This document shows positions 8,654 to 18,513 of a stretch of 64,000 bases of DNA, piece by piece. The notes beneath the pieces are model-generated. The model made no database searches. It was not told the DNA's origin and saw only the letters and a program-made list of their open reading frames with translations. The stretch is from the NCBI GenBank assembly GCA_021325135.1, contig JAJPHT010000022.1:1-64000 (forward strand). Direction: 5' to 3'. Numbering within the stretch: position 1 is the first letter of the stretch; the number at the start of each line of letters is the position of its first letter. The position numbers were made by a program, and so were the translations under genes. This DNA is from Pseudomonadota bacterium (GTDB lineage Archaea; Thermoplasmatota; SW-10-69-26; JACQPN01; JAJPHT01).

Positions 8654-11112
8654 GCGCGCGCGCCCTCGCGGCCGTGGGCCTGGCGCTCCTCCTCGCGCTG
8701 CCCCTCGTGCCCCTGGCGGCGGCCGACCCTCCCGTCGCCGAGTCGTGGTCCCCCTACGACACCCTCTCGACCACCACGGCGCTGGCCTTCGCGCGCCAGG
8801 GCGTCACCATCGCGGCCGCGCTGGGCCCGGCGCCCATCAACTCCACGGGCCCCTCGTGCCCCACGCCCTCCGTGAGCTGCGTGCCCGGCACGACGCAGAC
8901 CAAGACCGACGTCCCCGACCTCTCCATCCTCCAGAGCGACCGCGGCTGGGCGCACAACGGCACGGGCAACGTCGCCGTCAACGGCCAGTCCTCCCCCGAG
9001 GGGCGCTCCCTGGTCGCGGTGTCCGCCGACGGCCACGCGGTGGCGAGCGTCGGCATCGACCGCACCACGCACACGCCGCTCCCCGGCGCGCCCTCGCCCA
9101 CCGGCCCCACGCCCACCCTCCCCGGCGGCGTGCCCCAGACGCTCAAGCTCTACGTGGACGAGGTCCCCGTGGGCGCCAACTTCTCCGCGGGCCCCGTCTC
9201 CGCCATGACCGTGGAGATTGCGGGCGTCCGCGCGGCGGGCCTCGCGCTCTCCGACGACGGCTCGCGCGCCGCCGTGCTCGTGGACGACGGGCTGGGCAAC
9301 CTCACGCTCCTCGCCTACAACGTCGCGCCGCCCAACCTCAACCCGGCGTTCACCTACGCGTGGGCCGGCAAGCCCGAGGCGCTCGCGGCGGACGCCACGC
9401 TCAGCCGCATCCTCGTGGGCGGCGACCTGCTCAACGCCAACAACGAGACGCGCGCCAGCCTCATCGTCGTGGACTACGCCACCGGCAAGCCCCTCTCCGC
9501 GTACAGCGAGGCGGCCAACGGAAGCGCCGTCACCGGCCTGGCCGTCACGCCCGATGGCGCCCTCGCCGCCATGGGCACCAACCAGGGCCGCCTCGTCACG
9601 CTCAACGGCCGCGACGCCAGCTCGCCCCAGGCCTACCAGGCCGCGGGCCCCGCCACCAACGTCTCCCACGTCGCGCTCTCGCCCGACGGCACGCACGTCG
9701 CGCTCGCGGCGGAGGGCACCATCCACGCGTACCGCCTCTCGGGCCTCCTCCCCTCGCCCCTCTGGACCGCCACCGAGGACGCGGCCGTGAACTCCCTCTC
9801 CTACAACGCCACGGGCGGCATCCTCGTCGCCAGCTTCTCCAGCGGCGCCGCCTCGGGCGCCTACGCCTTCGGCGACGGGAGCGCCACGCCCATCTGGTCG
9901 CTCCCCGGAGAGATCTTCGATATCAAGGTCAACGACGCCGGCACCGAGATCGCGTTCCGCCAGGGGCACGTCGTCGACGCGCAGCGCCTCCCGCGCGGCT
10001 TCGCCTTCGAGCAGGCCGGGGGCGGCAAGGCCTCCGCGGTGCGCCCGCTGCGCGCCGGCGCCTCCGCCGTCTTCGACCTCGTCGTGCGCGCCACCGGCGC
10101 CGCGCCCGAGACCGTGGCGCTCAGCGCGGCCGCGGACCCCAACCTCGCCGTGAGCTTCGACCCGCCCGTCGTCACGGCTCTCCCCGGGACCAACGCGCAC
10201 GTCGCGGTCACGCTCAACTCGACGCCCGCCTTCTCGGGCACGCACACGGTGAACCTCACCGCGACGGGGCTCTCCACCGCCGGCACGGACCACGCCACCG
10301 TCTCCGTCTCCTTCGAGGGCGTCGCCAACGTCACCTTCCGCGTCAACCAGACCGAGTACCAGGTGACCCCCGGCGCCCCCGCCGAGGCGCTGCTCACCGT
10401 CTTCAACGGCGGCACCAGCAGCGCGGCCGTCGGCCTGCGCTACTCGCAGCAGCCCAGCGTCGGCCCCCAGTGGGGCCTCGCCGTCGACCCCACGAGCTTC
10501 CTCGTGCCGCAGGGCTCCATCACCACCGTCCGCGTCACCGTCACGCCCCCCGCGAGCACGGCCAACGGCACCAACGACGCCGTCTCCTTCATCCTCGAAG
10601 GGCCCAACGTCTCGGACGCCGTGACGCTCCACTTCCGCGTGAACCCGCACCTGGGCGTCGACGTGGGCGCCTTGGGCCGCGTGAAGTTCGTGGAGCCCGG
10701 CAAGGTCGCGTTCTTCAACGTCACCGTCAGCAACACGGGCTCGATCTCGCGCGCGTTCAGCGCGTTCTACGACACGACGCCCGCCAACGGCAAGCCGTGG
10801 GCCGTCGACATGGCGACCGACCCCTTTCGCCTGGAGCCGGGCGCCTCGCGCACCGTGCCCGTGAAGGTCTTCGCGCCCGCCGACGCCACGCCCGACGACC
10901 ACGTCGCCGTGCTCGTCCGCGCCCGCAGCGTGCCCGAGGAGGCCAACGAGACGTTCGTCGAGGCGAACGTCACCCTCTTCGCCAACGCCGTCCAGCCCCA
11001 GCCGACCTCGACGACCACCTCGTCGGGCGGCAACGTCCCCTTCCCCGGCATCCTCGCGCTCGCCGCGTGCCTCGCGCTCGCGACGCTCGCCCGCAGGAGG
11101 CGCGCCCCATGA
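8650..11112 (+). CDS. Paralogous secreted beta-propeller + Ig-like surface protein with CTERM-like tail (820 aa)
   Basis: ATGA overlap with the upstream gene; signal peptide; ALSDDGSR, VTPDGAL, LSPDGTH blades; Thr linker then VPFPG-TM-RRRR. Confidence 0.8.
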   Translation: MSARALAAVGLALLLALPLVPLAAADPPVAESWSPYDTLSTTTALAFARQGVTIAAALGPAPINSTGPSCPTPSVSCVPGTTQTKTDVPDLSILQSDRGWAHNGTGNVAVNGQSSPEGRSLVAVSADGHAVASVGIDRTTHTPLPGAPSPTGPTPTLPGGVPQTLKLYVDEVPVGANFSAGPVSAMTVEIAGVRAAGLALSDDGSRAAVLVDDGLGNLTLLAYNVAPPNLNPAFTYAWAGKPEALAADATLSRILVGGDLLNANNETRASLIVVDYATGKPLSAYSEAANGSAVTGLAVTPDGALAAMGTNQGRLVTLNGRDASSPQAYQAAGPATNVSHVALSPDGTHVALAAEGTIHAYRLSGLLPSPLWTATEDAAVNSLSYNATGGILVASFSSGAASGAYAFGDGSATPIWSLPGEIFDIKVNDAGTEIAFRQGHVVDAQRLPRGFAFEQAGGGKASAVRPLRAGASAVFDLVVRATGAAPETVALSAAADPNLAVSFDPPVVTALPGTNAHVAVTLNSTPAFSGTHTVNLTATGLSTAGTDHATVSVSFEGVANVTFRVNQTEYQVTPGAPAEALLTVFNGGTSSAAVGLRYSQQPSVGPQWGLAVDPTSFLVPQGSITTVRVTVTPPASTANGTNDAVSFILEGPNVSDAVTLHFRVNPHLGVDVGALGRVKFVEPGKVAFFNVTVSNTGSISRAFSAFYDTTPANGKPWAVDMATDPFRLEPGASRTVPVKVFAPADATPDDHVAVLVRARSVPEEANETFVEANVTLFANAVQPQPTSTTTSSGGNVPFPGILALAACLALATLARRRRAP

Positions 11113-11132
11113 GTCCCACCAGGAGCCAAGCC

Positions 11133-14100
11133 ATGCCCGCCAACGCGAAGACCCTGACCACGCTGGCGCTCGCCGCCATCATGCTCGTGCCCACGCTCCT
11201 TGCGGCGATCCCCGGGGCCGCGGCGGACAACGTCCCCACGCTCCCCGGCACCAGCGCCCCCGTGGAGTGGACGCCCCTCGCGGGCTTCAACCAGACCCTC
11301 TGGCTCCAGTACCAGGACGCGGGCGCCCAGCCCGACTGCACGAAGGCCGGCATCCTCACGCCCTCCGGCCCCGGGGCCCCCGTCACGCCCGGCGGCACGC
11401 GCGCGCAGTGCCCCTACGGCACCGGCGCCGCGAGCCAGGCCGGCGGCTCGGACAGCGCCGTCTTCTCCTATGGCGGCGCGTTCGTGCGCGACTGGAACAT
11501 GACCGGACAGTCCATCCTCGCGCACGTCTCCGGCAGCTTCCAGCCCAGCCAGGTCCTCACCGTCACCGTCTCCGCCGGCTCCATGAGCCTCACCGGGACC
11601 CACACCACGGGCGCGAGCACGAGCCCCACGACCACGAGCAGCTTCGACGTGGCCCTCGGGCCCAGCGGCGCCGACACGCGCGTCGCGTTCGCCAAGGGGA
11701 GCACCTTCAAGGTCACCATCTCGTCGAGCGTCACGCAGGTCCCCGTGCCCGGCGGGCTCCCCGGCGGCGCGGCCACGCCCTCGCAGTTCAGCATCGACGA
11801 CACGCAGTCGTACGTCACCATCGCGTCGGACGACGCCTACCGCGCGGCCACCTGGACCGGCGACGCCAACGCGTCCGTCATCAACACGTTCCGCCCGATG
11901 GACAACAACAGCACCTCGTCCGCGCTGCTCAAGGGCTTCTTCGCCATGCAGAGCGCGTGGGGCTCCGACGACCTCGGCGGCGTCAGCGCGCCCACCTTCC
12001 GCGTCTTCCAGGACGACCACCCCTTCCAGCCCTTCCCCGGCGCCATCACGCAGACCGGCGGCAGCCCCGTCACCTCGCTCTCCCGCCCCGACCAGGGCAT
12101 CGTGACGTGGGGCTTCCCCCAGGGCGCGCTGGACTACCGCGGCTGGCCCTCCGCGGCGCTGCGCCTCGAGGTCTCCACGACCTACTTCGGCCAGGCCAAC
12201 GCGCACGTCTCGCAGGGCACGAGCCACCCCTTCGCCATCAACGCGCAGGGCGTGCGCCTCGCCGCCTTCGAGGACGACACCACGACGCCCCACCTCGTGG
12301 AGAGCGTCTCCCACTCGGCCCCCTCCGGCGGCGCCACCACCTTCCTGCTCACGGCCAACAACACCGGCGGCGCGCCCGACTCGTTCAAGGTGCAGGTCGC
12401 CTTCGTGCCCGTCGCCGGCTCGCCCCAGACGGGCTGGTCCGCGACGCTGGGCGGCCCCCAGCTCGTGGGCGACACCGTCTCGCTGGACCCCGGCGAGTCC
12501 AAGATCCTCACCCTCACCGTGGGCATGCCCTTCGCGTCCGCGGGCTCGGGCACGTTCCGCGTCACCGCCTCCAGCGTGAGCGACCCCGCGCTGGCCAGCG
12601 AGCCCGTCATCCTCATCGCGTCCATCGGCGCGCCCCAGGGGCACGACGTGGGCGTCATCGCGCCCCATGATATCACCATGGACGCGGGCCGCGACGTGGA
12701 CGTCCCCCTCTACGTGTGGAACCGCGGCGGAACCCCCGCCAACGCCACGCTCTCGCTGGCCTCCAGCGACTCGGGCGGCTGGACCACGGGCCTCCTCTCC
12801 AACGCGCTGACGCTGCGCTCCCTCCAGGTGTCCAACGTCCCCGCGGGCGGCATCGCCGTCGCCACGCTGCGCGTCCACGGCCCCGACCAGAGCCAGACGC
12901 AGCAGCTGGACGTCACGCTCAACGTCACCAACAAGGACGTCGCGGGCATCGCCATGGACCGCGTGCTGCGCCTCCACCTCACCACGGTGGGCGGCTTCCG
13001 CGTGCAGGTCCTCGACAAGATCAACGGCCTGCCGGTCGGCGCCGAGGTCGATCCCTGCTCCCGCACCGCGGCCCCTCCCACGCCTCCCGACACGAACTGC
13101 CTCCAGCAGAACGCGCCCGGGGCATCGTTCATCCAAGAGGACGGCGTGGACGGCATCCTCCTGCGCGCGTGGATCACCAACACCGGCCGCGTCACCGAGG
13201 ACGCCAAGGTGAGCCTTGACCCCAAGCCCGTCTTCCCCGGCTGCGCCGACGGCGTGTTCGACCACACCGTCAACGACGCGGGCTTCCGCCTCAAGACGCG
13301 CAGCGCCGACGGCGCGCTCCAGGACTTCGACGGCAACCTCCTCGGGGTCAAGCCCGGCGAGACCTACGAGGCCTACGTCTTCATCGCCGTGAACCGCGAC
13401 CAGGGCACGTGCGGCAGCAACGACATCATGCAGTTCACCCTGGGCGCCGTGGGCGCCAAGACCGGCGCCATCGGCCAGTACACGGCCCAGGTGCGCGCCA
13501 CCGACGGCGAGGACTCCACCAACGTGCTCCTCCAGCCCGTCGTCCGCGCCGGCAGCACCACCAACCCCTCCGTCCCCCTCGTGGACCTCTCCAACGCGGA
13601 GAAGACCGTCGTCACGCAGGGCGTGGGCGTCGGCAAGAACGCCACCTTCTACGTGCGCATGGTGAACGGCGCCTCGTGGGGCAGCTACAACGACTCCAAC
13701 GGCCACCTCGTCCCCGCGACGGCGGCGCTCACCATCATCAACCCGCGCGCCCCCGACGGATGGAACGTCAGCGTGCGCCCCGTGACCAGCGTCGTCGACC
13801 AGGCGGCGAACCCCTTCCGCGCCTCCTACGAGCTTGGCAACGTGGACCCCACGACGCAGGGCGCCGACGGGCTGCGCCGCCTCGCGCTCAACGACGTGGA
13901 GCTGCAGGTCAACGTCACCGCGCCCGACGGCAAGAACCACACCGCGCTGGCCAACGACCAGGACCAGATCACGCTGGAGGCCACCATGGGCACCTCGCGC
14001 AGCACGCTCTCCATCACGGCCGTCATCGGCGACCAGGCCGCGGTGAACCTGCACGCGGAGCCGCGCGTCCTCGCCCACCCCGTGGACGGAGGCGCCACCG

Positions 14101-16094
14101 CCATCTACGTCTACAACAACGGCAGCGCGCCCACCACCGTCACGCTGGCCGCCGCCATCGACCGCGACGCCACGCCCAACCCCGACGGCTGGAACGTGCA
14201 GCCCGCCGCGCAGACCTTCACGCTGGCCGCGTTCCACAACCGCACCGTCGCGCTCTCCATCACGCCCCCGGCGGGCAGCAGCGGCGGCCGCGTGCACGTG
14301 ACCGCGAGCTACGTCGAGTTCCGCGCCACGGGCCAGGTCAACGTCACCTCCGTGGACGTGCCCGTGGACGTCGTGCCCTCCGGCGCGCTCTCGCTGGACA
14401 CGCCGGTGCGCGCCGCCACGACGGGCCCCGGCCAGCCCGCGCAGTTCACGCTCACCATCTCCAACAAGGCGAACTCGCCCGTGAACTACCGCCTCGCCGC
14501 CACGGAGATCCCCAACTGGACGGCCACCATCTCGCCCGCGCAGGGCGTCGTGCCCCCGCAGGGCTCCGTCACCGTGCCCTTCGTGCTCCAGGCGCCCAGC
14601 GACGCGATCAACGCCACCGCGTACCAGACGGTGGTCACGGCGCAGGACACGGACCAGCCGGAGGACTTCGCCACGCTCCCCGTCACGGTGAACGTGCAGG
14701 GCGGCCAGGCGATCCCCTCGCTCTCGGCGCTCACCTTCCAGAAGACGGTGGACCGCGCCTCCAGCCGCGTCTTCGAGGTGCAGGTGCGCAACCTGGGCAA
14801 CGCCAACGGCACCATGCCCCTCTCCGTGCGCACCGCCGAGCCTGGCTGGGGCGCGCTGCTCCAGTCCACCTCGGGCCAGAACATCACCAGCGTCACGCTG
14901 GGACCCAACGAGCTGGCCACGGTGGACGTCGTCGTCTTCGCGCCCCTCGCGGTCCCCGAGAACAAGGCCGTCAACTTCGAGGTCACCGCCTCCACGCAGG
15001 ACGCCACGCAGTCCAGCAACGCGGCCATCCGCGCGCTCATCCACGACTACGGCGTCAAGGCCGAGGTCCCCGCCAGCGCCATCGACATCGTGCCCGGCAT
15101 CGCGCAGGACGTCCTCGTGCGCGTGACCAACACGGGCAACGACAACGACACGCTCAACCTCTCGGTGATCCTGCCCACGACGGACTTCCAGGACTGGACG
15201 GCGACCGTCTCGCCCGACCACGTCCTCCTCGCCCCCGGCGAGACCGCGGACGTGCACGCCTCGCTGCGCCCGCCCGTGAGCCCGCTGCCCAGCCCCCGGG
15301 CGTACGCCTTCACGCTCTACGCGGGCTCCGTGGGCGGCGCGGCCGTGAACGTCCCCAAGAACGCCACCGTCGCGGCCACCGCCAACGTGCTCAACTACCG
15401 CGCGCTGGACGTGGACGGCGACGGCCAGGTGGAGCTTGCCATCGACCAGGACAAGAGCAGCGCCAACGGCTTCGAGCAGTTCCGCGAGATCAGCGGCGAC
15501 GGCGTGCAGTGCGTCGTGGCCTCCAGCTCGCGCCTCAACGGCCTCGCGCGCTTCTTCCTGGACTGCCCGCTGGACGGCCGCTCGCTGGACGGCGTCGCGG
15601 ACGTCTGGTTCGACCCCGAGTCGGTGTACGCCTACAAGATCGCCCAGGTGGCGGACGTCAACGGCGACGGCACGCCCGAATACATGGTCGACTCCGACCG
15701 CGACGGCAAGATCGACCTCACCTTCGACACGGTGACCGAGAAGTACTGGAACACCACCGAGGTCCACGCCCTGGGCGGCGGCGCGGTGCAGTACCTCGTG
15801 GACACCAACGCCGACGGCCGGCCCGACTACTACGTGGACACCTCCGCGCACCTCGCGACGAAGACGCTCCCCGTGGAGGGCCACGACGACCTCGTGGGCA
15901 TCGACACCAAGAACGCCGGCAGCGCGGACAAGTACTACGACCCCGCGACGCAGAGCGTGACGGGCGCCTCCGTGGCGAACCTGTCCGACTTCGCCTCCAC
16001 CAACTGGTACTTCATCGTCGGGTTCGTGGCGCTGGTCGTGCTCACCGTGGTGCTCATCGTGGTGCGGGCGCGCGGTCGGAAGCCCAAGGAGTAG
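11133..16094 (+). CDS. Giant membrane-anchored surface protein with many Ig-like repeats and DxDxDG Ca-binding repeats (~1650 aa)
   Basis: SD AGGAG at 11121 (alternative ATG 11109); signal peptide; repeated N-x-G-N motifs; DVDGDG, DVNGDG, DSDRDG, DTNADG; C-terminal TM plus basic tail. Confidence 0.8.
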   Translation: MPANAKTLTTLALAAIMLVPTLLAAIPGAAADNVPTLPGTSAPVEWTPLAGFNQTLWLQYQDAGAQPDCTKAGILTPSGPGAPVTPGGTRAQCPYGTGAASQAGGSDSAVFSYGGAFVRDWNMTGQSILAHVSGSFQPSQVLTVTVSAGSMSLTGTHTTGASTSPTTTSSFDVALGPSGADTRVAFAKGSTFKVTISSSVTQVPVPGGLPGGAATPSQFSIDDTQSYVTIASDDAYRAATWTGDANASVINTFRPMDNNSTSSALLKGFFAMQSAWGSDDLGGVSAPTFRVFQDDHPFQPFPGAITQTGGSPVTSLSRPDQGIVTWGFPQGALDYRGWPSAALRLEVSTTYFGQANAHVSQGTSHPFAINAQGVRLAAFEDDTTTPHLVESVSHSAPSGGATTFLLTANNTGGAPDSFKVQVAFVPVAGSPQTGWSATLGGPQLVGDTVSLDPGESKILTLTVGMPFASAGSGTFRVTASSVSDPALASEPVILIASIGAPQGHDVGVIAPHDITMDAGRDVDVPLYVWNRGGTPANATLSLASSDSGGWTTGLLSNALTLRSLQVSNVPAGGIAVATLRVHGPDQSQTQQLDVTLNVTNKDVAGIAMDRVLRLHLTTVGGFRVQVLDKINGLPVGAEVDPCSRTAAPPTPPDTNCLQQNAPGASFIQEDGVDGILLRAWITNTGRVTEDAKVSLDPKPVFPGCADGVFDHTVNDAGFRLKTRSADGALQDFDGNLLGVKPGETYEAYVFIAVNRDQGTCGSNDIMQFTLGAVGAKTGAIGQYTAQVRATDGEDSTNVLLQPVVRAGSTTNPSVPLVDLSNAEKTVVTQGVGVGKNATFYVRMVNGASWGSYNDSNGHLVPATAALTIINPRAPDGWNVSVRPVTSVVDQAANPFRASYELGNVDPTTQGADGLRRLALNDVELQVNVTAPDGKNHTALANDQDQITLEATMGTSRSTLSITAVIGDQAAVNLHAEPRVLAHPVDGGATAIYVYNNGSAPTTVTLAAAIDRDATPNPDGWNVQPAAQTFTLAAFHNRTVALSITPPAGSSGGRVHVTASYVEFRATGQVNVTSVDVPVDVVPSGALSLDTPVRAATTGPGQPAQFTLTISNKANSPVNYRLAATEIPNWTATISPAQGVVPPQGSVTVPFVLQAPSDAINATAYQTVVTAQDTDQPEDFATLPVTVNVQGGQAIPSLSALTFQKTVDRASSRVFEVQVRNLGNANGTMPLSVRTAEPGWGALLQSTSGQNITSVTLGPNELATVDVVVFAPLAVPENKAVNFEVTASTQDATQSSNAAIRALIHDYGVKAEVPASAIDIVPGIAQDVLVRVTNTGNDNDTLNLSVILPTTDFQDWTATVSPDHVLLAPGETADVHASLRPPVSPLPSPRAYAFTLYAGSVGGAAVNVPKNATVAATANVLNYRALDVDGDGQVELAIDQDKSSANGFEQFREISGDGVQCVVASSSRLNGLARFFLDCPLDGRSLDGVADVWFDPESVYAYKIAQVADVNGDGTPEYMVDSDRDGKIDLTFDTVTEKYWNTTEVHALGGGAVQYLVDTNADGRPDYYVDTSAHLATKTLPVEGHDDLVGIDTKNAGSADKYYDPATQSVTGASVANLSDFASTNWYFIVGFVALVVLTVVLIVVRARGRKPKE

Positions 16095-16114
16095 GTCTCC
16101 TGGTCAAGCCTGCT

Positions 16115-16176
16115 CGATGCAACCCGAACCAACGAACCACGGGTCCTACTGTGGTTCGCTGGTTCGGGTTGCATCG
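16115..16176. terminator. 26-bp stem-loop after the surface operon
   Basis: CGATGCAACCCGAACCAACGAACCAC / GTGGTTCGCTGGTTCGGGTTGCATCG, one mismatch, 10-nt loop. Confidence 0.6.
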
Positions 16177-16249
16177 GGGGGCGCCATCCGCCGGGAAGCA
16201 CGGCGCCCCCAGGCAGCTTTAAGAAGGCCAACCCCCGATGCGCGGCCCG

Positions 16250-17485
16250 ATGCGTACCCACTTTCTGGGAGGTGTAGACGAGGTCGGCCGCCTGGGCATG
16301 GTGCTCGAAGGGAAGAGGACCACCCTCCTCTTCGACTACGGCATGGCCCCCCGCGACCCGCCCGAGTACCCCCACCCCGCGCCCGACGTCGAGGCGCTTC
16401 TCCTCTCCCACAGCCACCTGGACCACTCGGGCATGGTGCCCCTCGTCGCCGGCAAGCAGGGCTGCCCCGTCGTGGGCACGAGCCTCACGCGCAGCATGAG
16501 CGATCTCCTGGCTTACGACTCCATGAAGGTCGCGCGCCTCGAAGGCTACCCGCAGCCCTTCAAGCGCGAGGACATCGCGGCCATGAACGCGCAGTGGGAC
16601 GAGCGCCACTATGGGGACGTGCGCGAGAGCGGCGAGTTCGACGTGCGCTTCCACAGCGCGGGCCACATCCCGGGCTCCACCATGTTCGAGGTGGACGACG
16701 GCTCGACGCGCCTCCTCTTCACGGGCGACATCAACCTCATCGACACGCACCTCGTCGCCAAGGCCGAGCCGGTGCGCTGCGACGTGCTGGCCATCGAGGC
16801 CACGTACAGCGGCCGCGAGCACCCGGACCGCAAGCAGACGGAGGAGCAGCTCCTCGACGCCGTGGACGGCGTCATCGCGCAGGGCGGCAAGGTCGTGCTC
16901 CCCTGCTTCGCCGTGGGCCGCACGCAGGAGATCATGTGCGTGCTCGCGCAGCAGGGGTACGATGTCTGGGTGGACGGCATGGGCAAGCAGGTCGTCCAGA
17001 TGATGCTCGACGACAACCGCTACCTCAAGGACAAGCGCGAGATGCAGAAGGCGCTGGAGGCCTGCAACCTCGTGAAGAACCCCGCGCAGCGCGAGCGCGC
17101 CGTGAAGGGGGACGTGCTCATCACCACCTCCGGCATGCTCGAAGGCGGGCCCGCGCTCTACTACCTCAGCCAGCTCAAGGACGACGAGAAGAGCGCCGTC
17201 TTCTTCACCGGCTACCAGGTCCCCGGCTCCGGCGGGCGCAGCCTCCTGGACACGGGCGGGCTGGACCTGGGCCGCGGCAAGCACGAGGCGGTGCGCTGCG
17301 AGATCCGCAGCTTCGACTTCTCCGGCCACGCGGGCCACAGCGAGATCGTCGAGTTCGCGAAGCGCTGCAAGCCCGAGCACGTCGTCCTCTACCACAGCGA
17401 CGACCGCACGATGCTCGCGCAGGCGCTCTCCGAGTTCGCCAAGGTGCACACGCCCAAGGCGCTCGAGGAGATCGATTTCCAGTAG
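16250..17485 (+). CDS. Beta-CASP metallo-beta-lactamase ribonuclease (aCPSF2-like)
   Basis: SHSHLDH, AGHIPGS, FTGD, IEATY, GRTQE, FSGHA; no N-terminal KH domains; TTTAAG box at 16218. Confidence 0.88.
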   Translation: MRTHFLGGVDEVGRLGMVLEGKRTTLLFDYGMAPRDPPEYPHPAPDVEALLLSHSHLDHSGMVPLVAGKQGCPVVGTSLTRSMSDLLAYDSMKVARLEGYPQPFKREDIAAMNAQWDERHYGDVRESGEFDVRFHSAGHIPGSTMFEVDDGSTRLLFTGDINLIDTHLVAKAEPVRCDVLAIEATYSGREHPDRKQTEEQLLDAVDGVIAQGGKVVLPCFAVGRTQEIMCVLAQQGYDVWVDGMGKQVVQMMLDDNRYLKDKREMQKALEACNLVKNPAQRERAVKGDVLITTSGMLEGGPALYYLSQLKDDEKSAVFFTGYQVPGSGGRSLLDTGGLDLGRGKHEAVRCEIRSFDFSGHAGHSEIVEFAKRCKPEHVVLYHSDDRTMLAQALSEFAKVHTPKALEEIDFQ

Positions 17486-17507
17486 CCGGCCTGTCCGCTC
17501 GACGCCC

Positions 17508-18065
17508 TCACGGCGCGGGCGTCCTCCGCGTGCGGCGCCGCGTCGCGGTCCTCCTGCGATGCGCGGCGCCGCGCACGATCCGCCAGCCGGCGAGGACGAG
17601 GACCAGGGAGACGAGGAGGTAGCCCGCCTCCCAGGCGGCCACGTCGCCCTGGGGATGCAGCCAATGGAGGCGCAGCAGGGCGTGGTCCACGACGGCGTCG
17701 AGGAGCTGGAGCGTCCCGGCGCCGACGAGGGCGCTGCCCACGAGGACGCGGCCGGCGCGGGGCTCGGAGAGGCGGGGGCGCGCCTGCCAGAGGACGGCGA
17801 TGCCCGCGAGGACCAGGATCCACATGGCGAGGTGGAAGAGGCCGTCGGAGACCTCCGCCGCGCGGCCAGGGACGTCGACGAAGTGGTGCCAGCCCAGGAG
17901 GTCGTGGAACAGGATGCCGTCCAGCATGCCGACGAGGCCGGCGCCCAGCAGGCCGCCCGCCGAGCGGACGCGCCGCCGCCAGGGGGGCCGGCGCTGGGCG
18001 TGCGCCTCGTGGACCATGCCCCTTGCGGACGGCGCCGCGGGGGAAGACGGGCGCGGCCGGGTCAT
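17508..18065 (-). CDS. DUF2243-like His-rich membrane protein
   Basis: DGILFHDLLGWHH, SDGLFH, DAVVDHALLRLH in TM helices; coupled to the upstream regulator. Confidence 0.75.
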   Translation of the reverse strand: MTRPRPSSPAAPSARGMVHEAHAQRRPPWRRRVRSAGGLLGAGLVGMLDGILFHDLLGWHHFVDVPGRAAEVSDGLFHLAMWILVLAGIAVLWQARPRLSEPRAGRVLVGSALVGAGTLQLLDAVVDHALLRLHWLHPQGDVAAWEAGYLLVSLVLVLAGWRIVRGAAHRRRTATRRRTRRTPAP

Positions 18066-18436
18066 CGATGGCCGCGCGCGCCCTGGGAGCGCGTCTCCAG
18101 CCGCGCGCCGAAGGTGGCCGCGCAGTGCCGGCAGCAGAACCAGTGGTCGCGCGCTCCGTCCTGGGGCCACGCCTTGTGGACGCCCTCGCCGTGGACGGGG
18201 CCGCCGCACTCGTGGCACGCGACGGCCACCGCGCTTGGGGCCGGCGCGGGGGCCTGCTCCTCGCCCGCGAGCACGGCGCGATAGCCCCGGATGACGCCCA
18301 AGGCCTCCATCTGGCGGACCTTGGAGGCGACCGTGGGCGTGGAGACGCCGACGCGGCGCGCCAGCTCGCGGAAGCTCAGGCGCGCGTCCTCGCGCAGCAG
18401 GCGCAGGATCGCCTGGTCGGTCTCGTCCAGGTCCAC
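18062..18436 (-). CDS. Lrp/AsnC-type HTH + TRASH domain copper regulator (CopR/CopT-like)
   Basis: LDETDQAILRLLREDARLSFRELA HTH; CHECG...FCCRHC TRASH motif; divergent from copA. Confidence 0.85.
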   Translation of the reverse strand: MDLDETDQAILRLLREDARLSFRELARRVGVSTPTVASKVRQMEALGVIRGYRAVLAGEEQAPAPAPSAVAVACHECGGPVHGEGVHKAWPQDGARDHWFCCRHCAATFGARLETRSQGARGHR

Positions 18437-18460
18437 GCAGGGCGCTCCGCGCTCCGGCTA

Positions 18461-18476
18461 CTTGACGTTTGTCAAG
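18461..18476. promoter_or_regulatory. Candidate copper-regulator operator
   Basis: Perfect CTTGAC-N4-GTCAAG between the regulator and copA. Confidence 0.65.
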
Positions 18477-18513
18477 GAGAAGGCGCTTCACCCAGGGGCC
18501 CCATGGCGCCGCC

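Noticed and set aside
10767-15884. 1705-aa minus-strand ORF (likewise 39732-44195, 56623-59859 and many others)
   Set aside because: Antisense or alternate-frame shadows of real genes, expected from high GC3; no recognisable motifs.
6178-16094. 1644-aa and 2449-aa ORFs as giant proteins
   Set aside because: Their N-terminal parts are R/G/P-rich off-frame reads of the upstream genes; true starts with signal peptides are at 8650 and about 11133.
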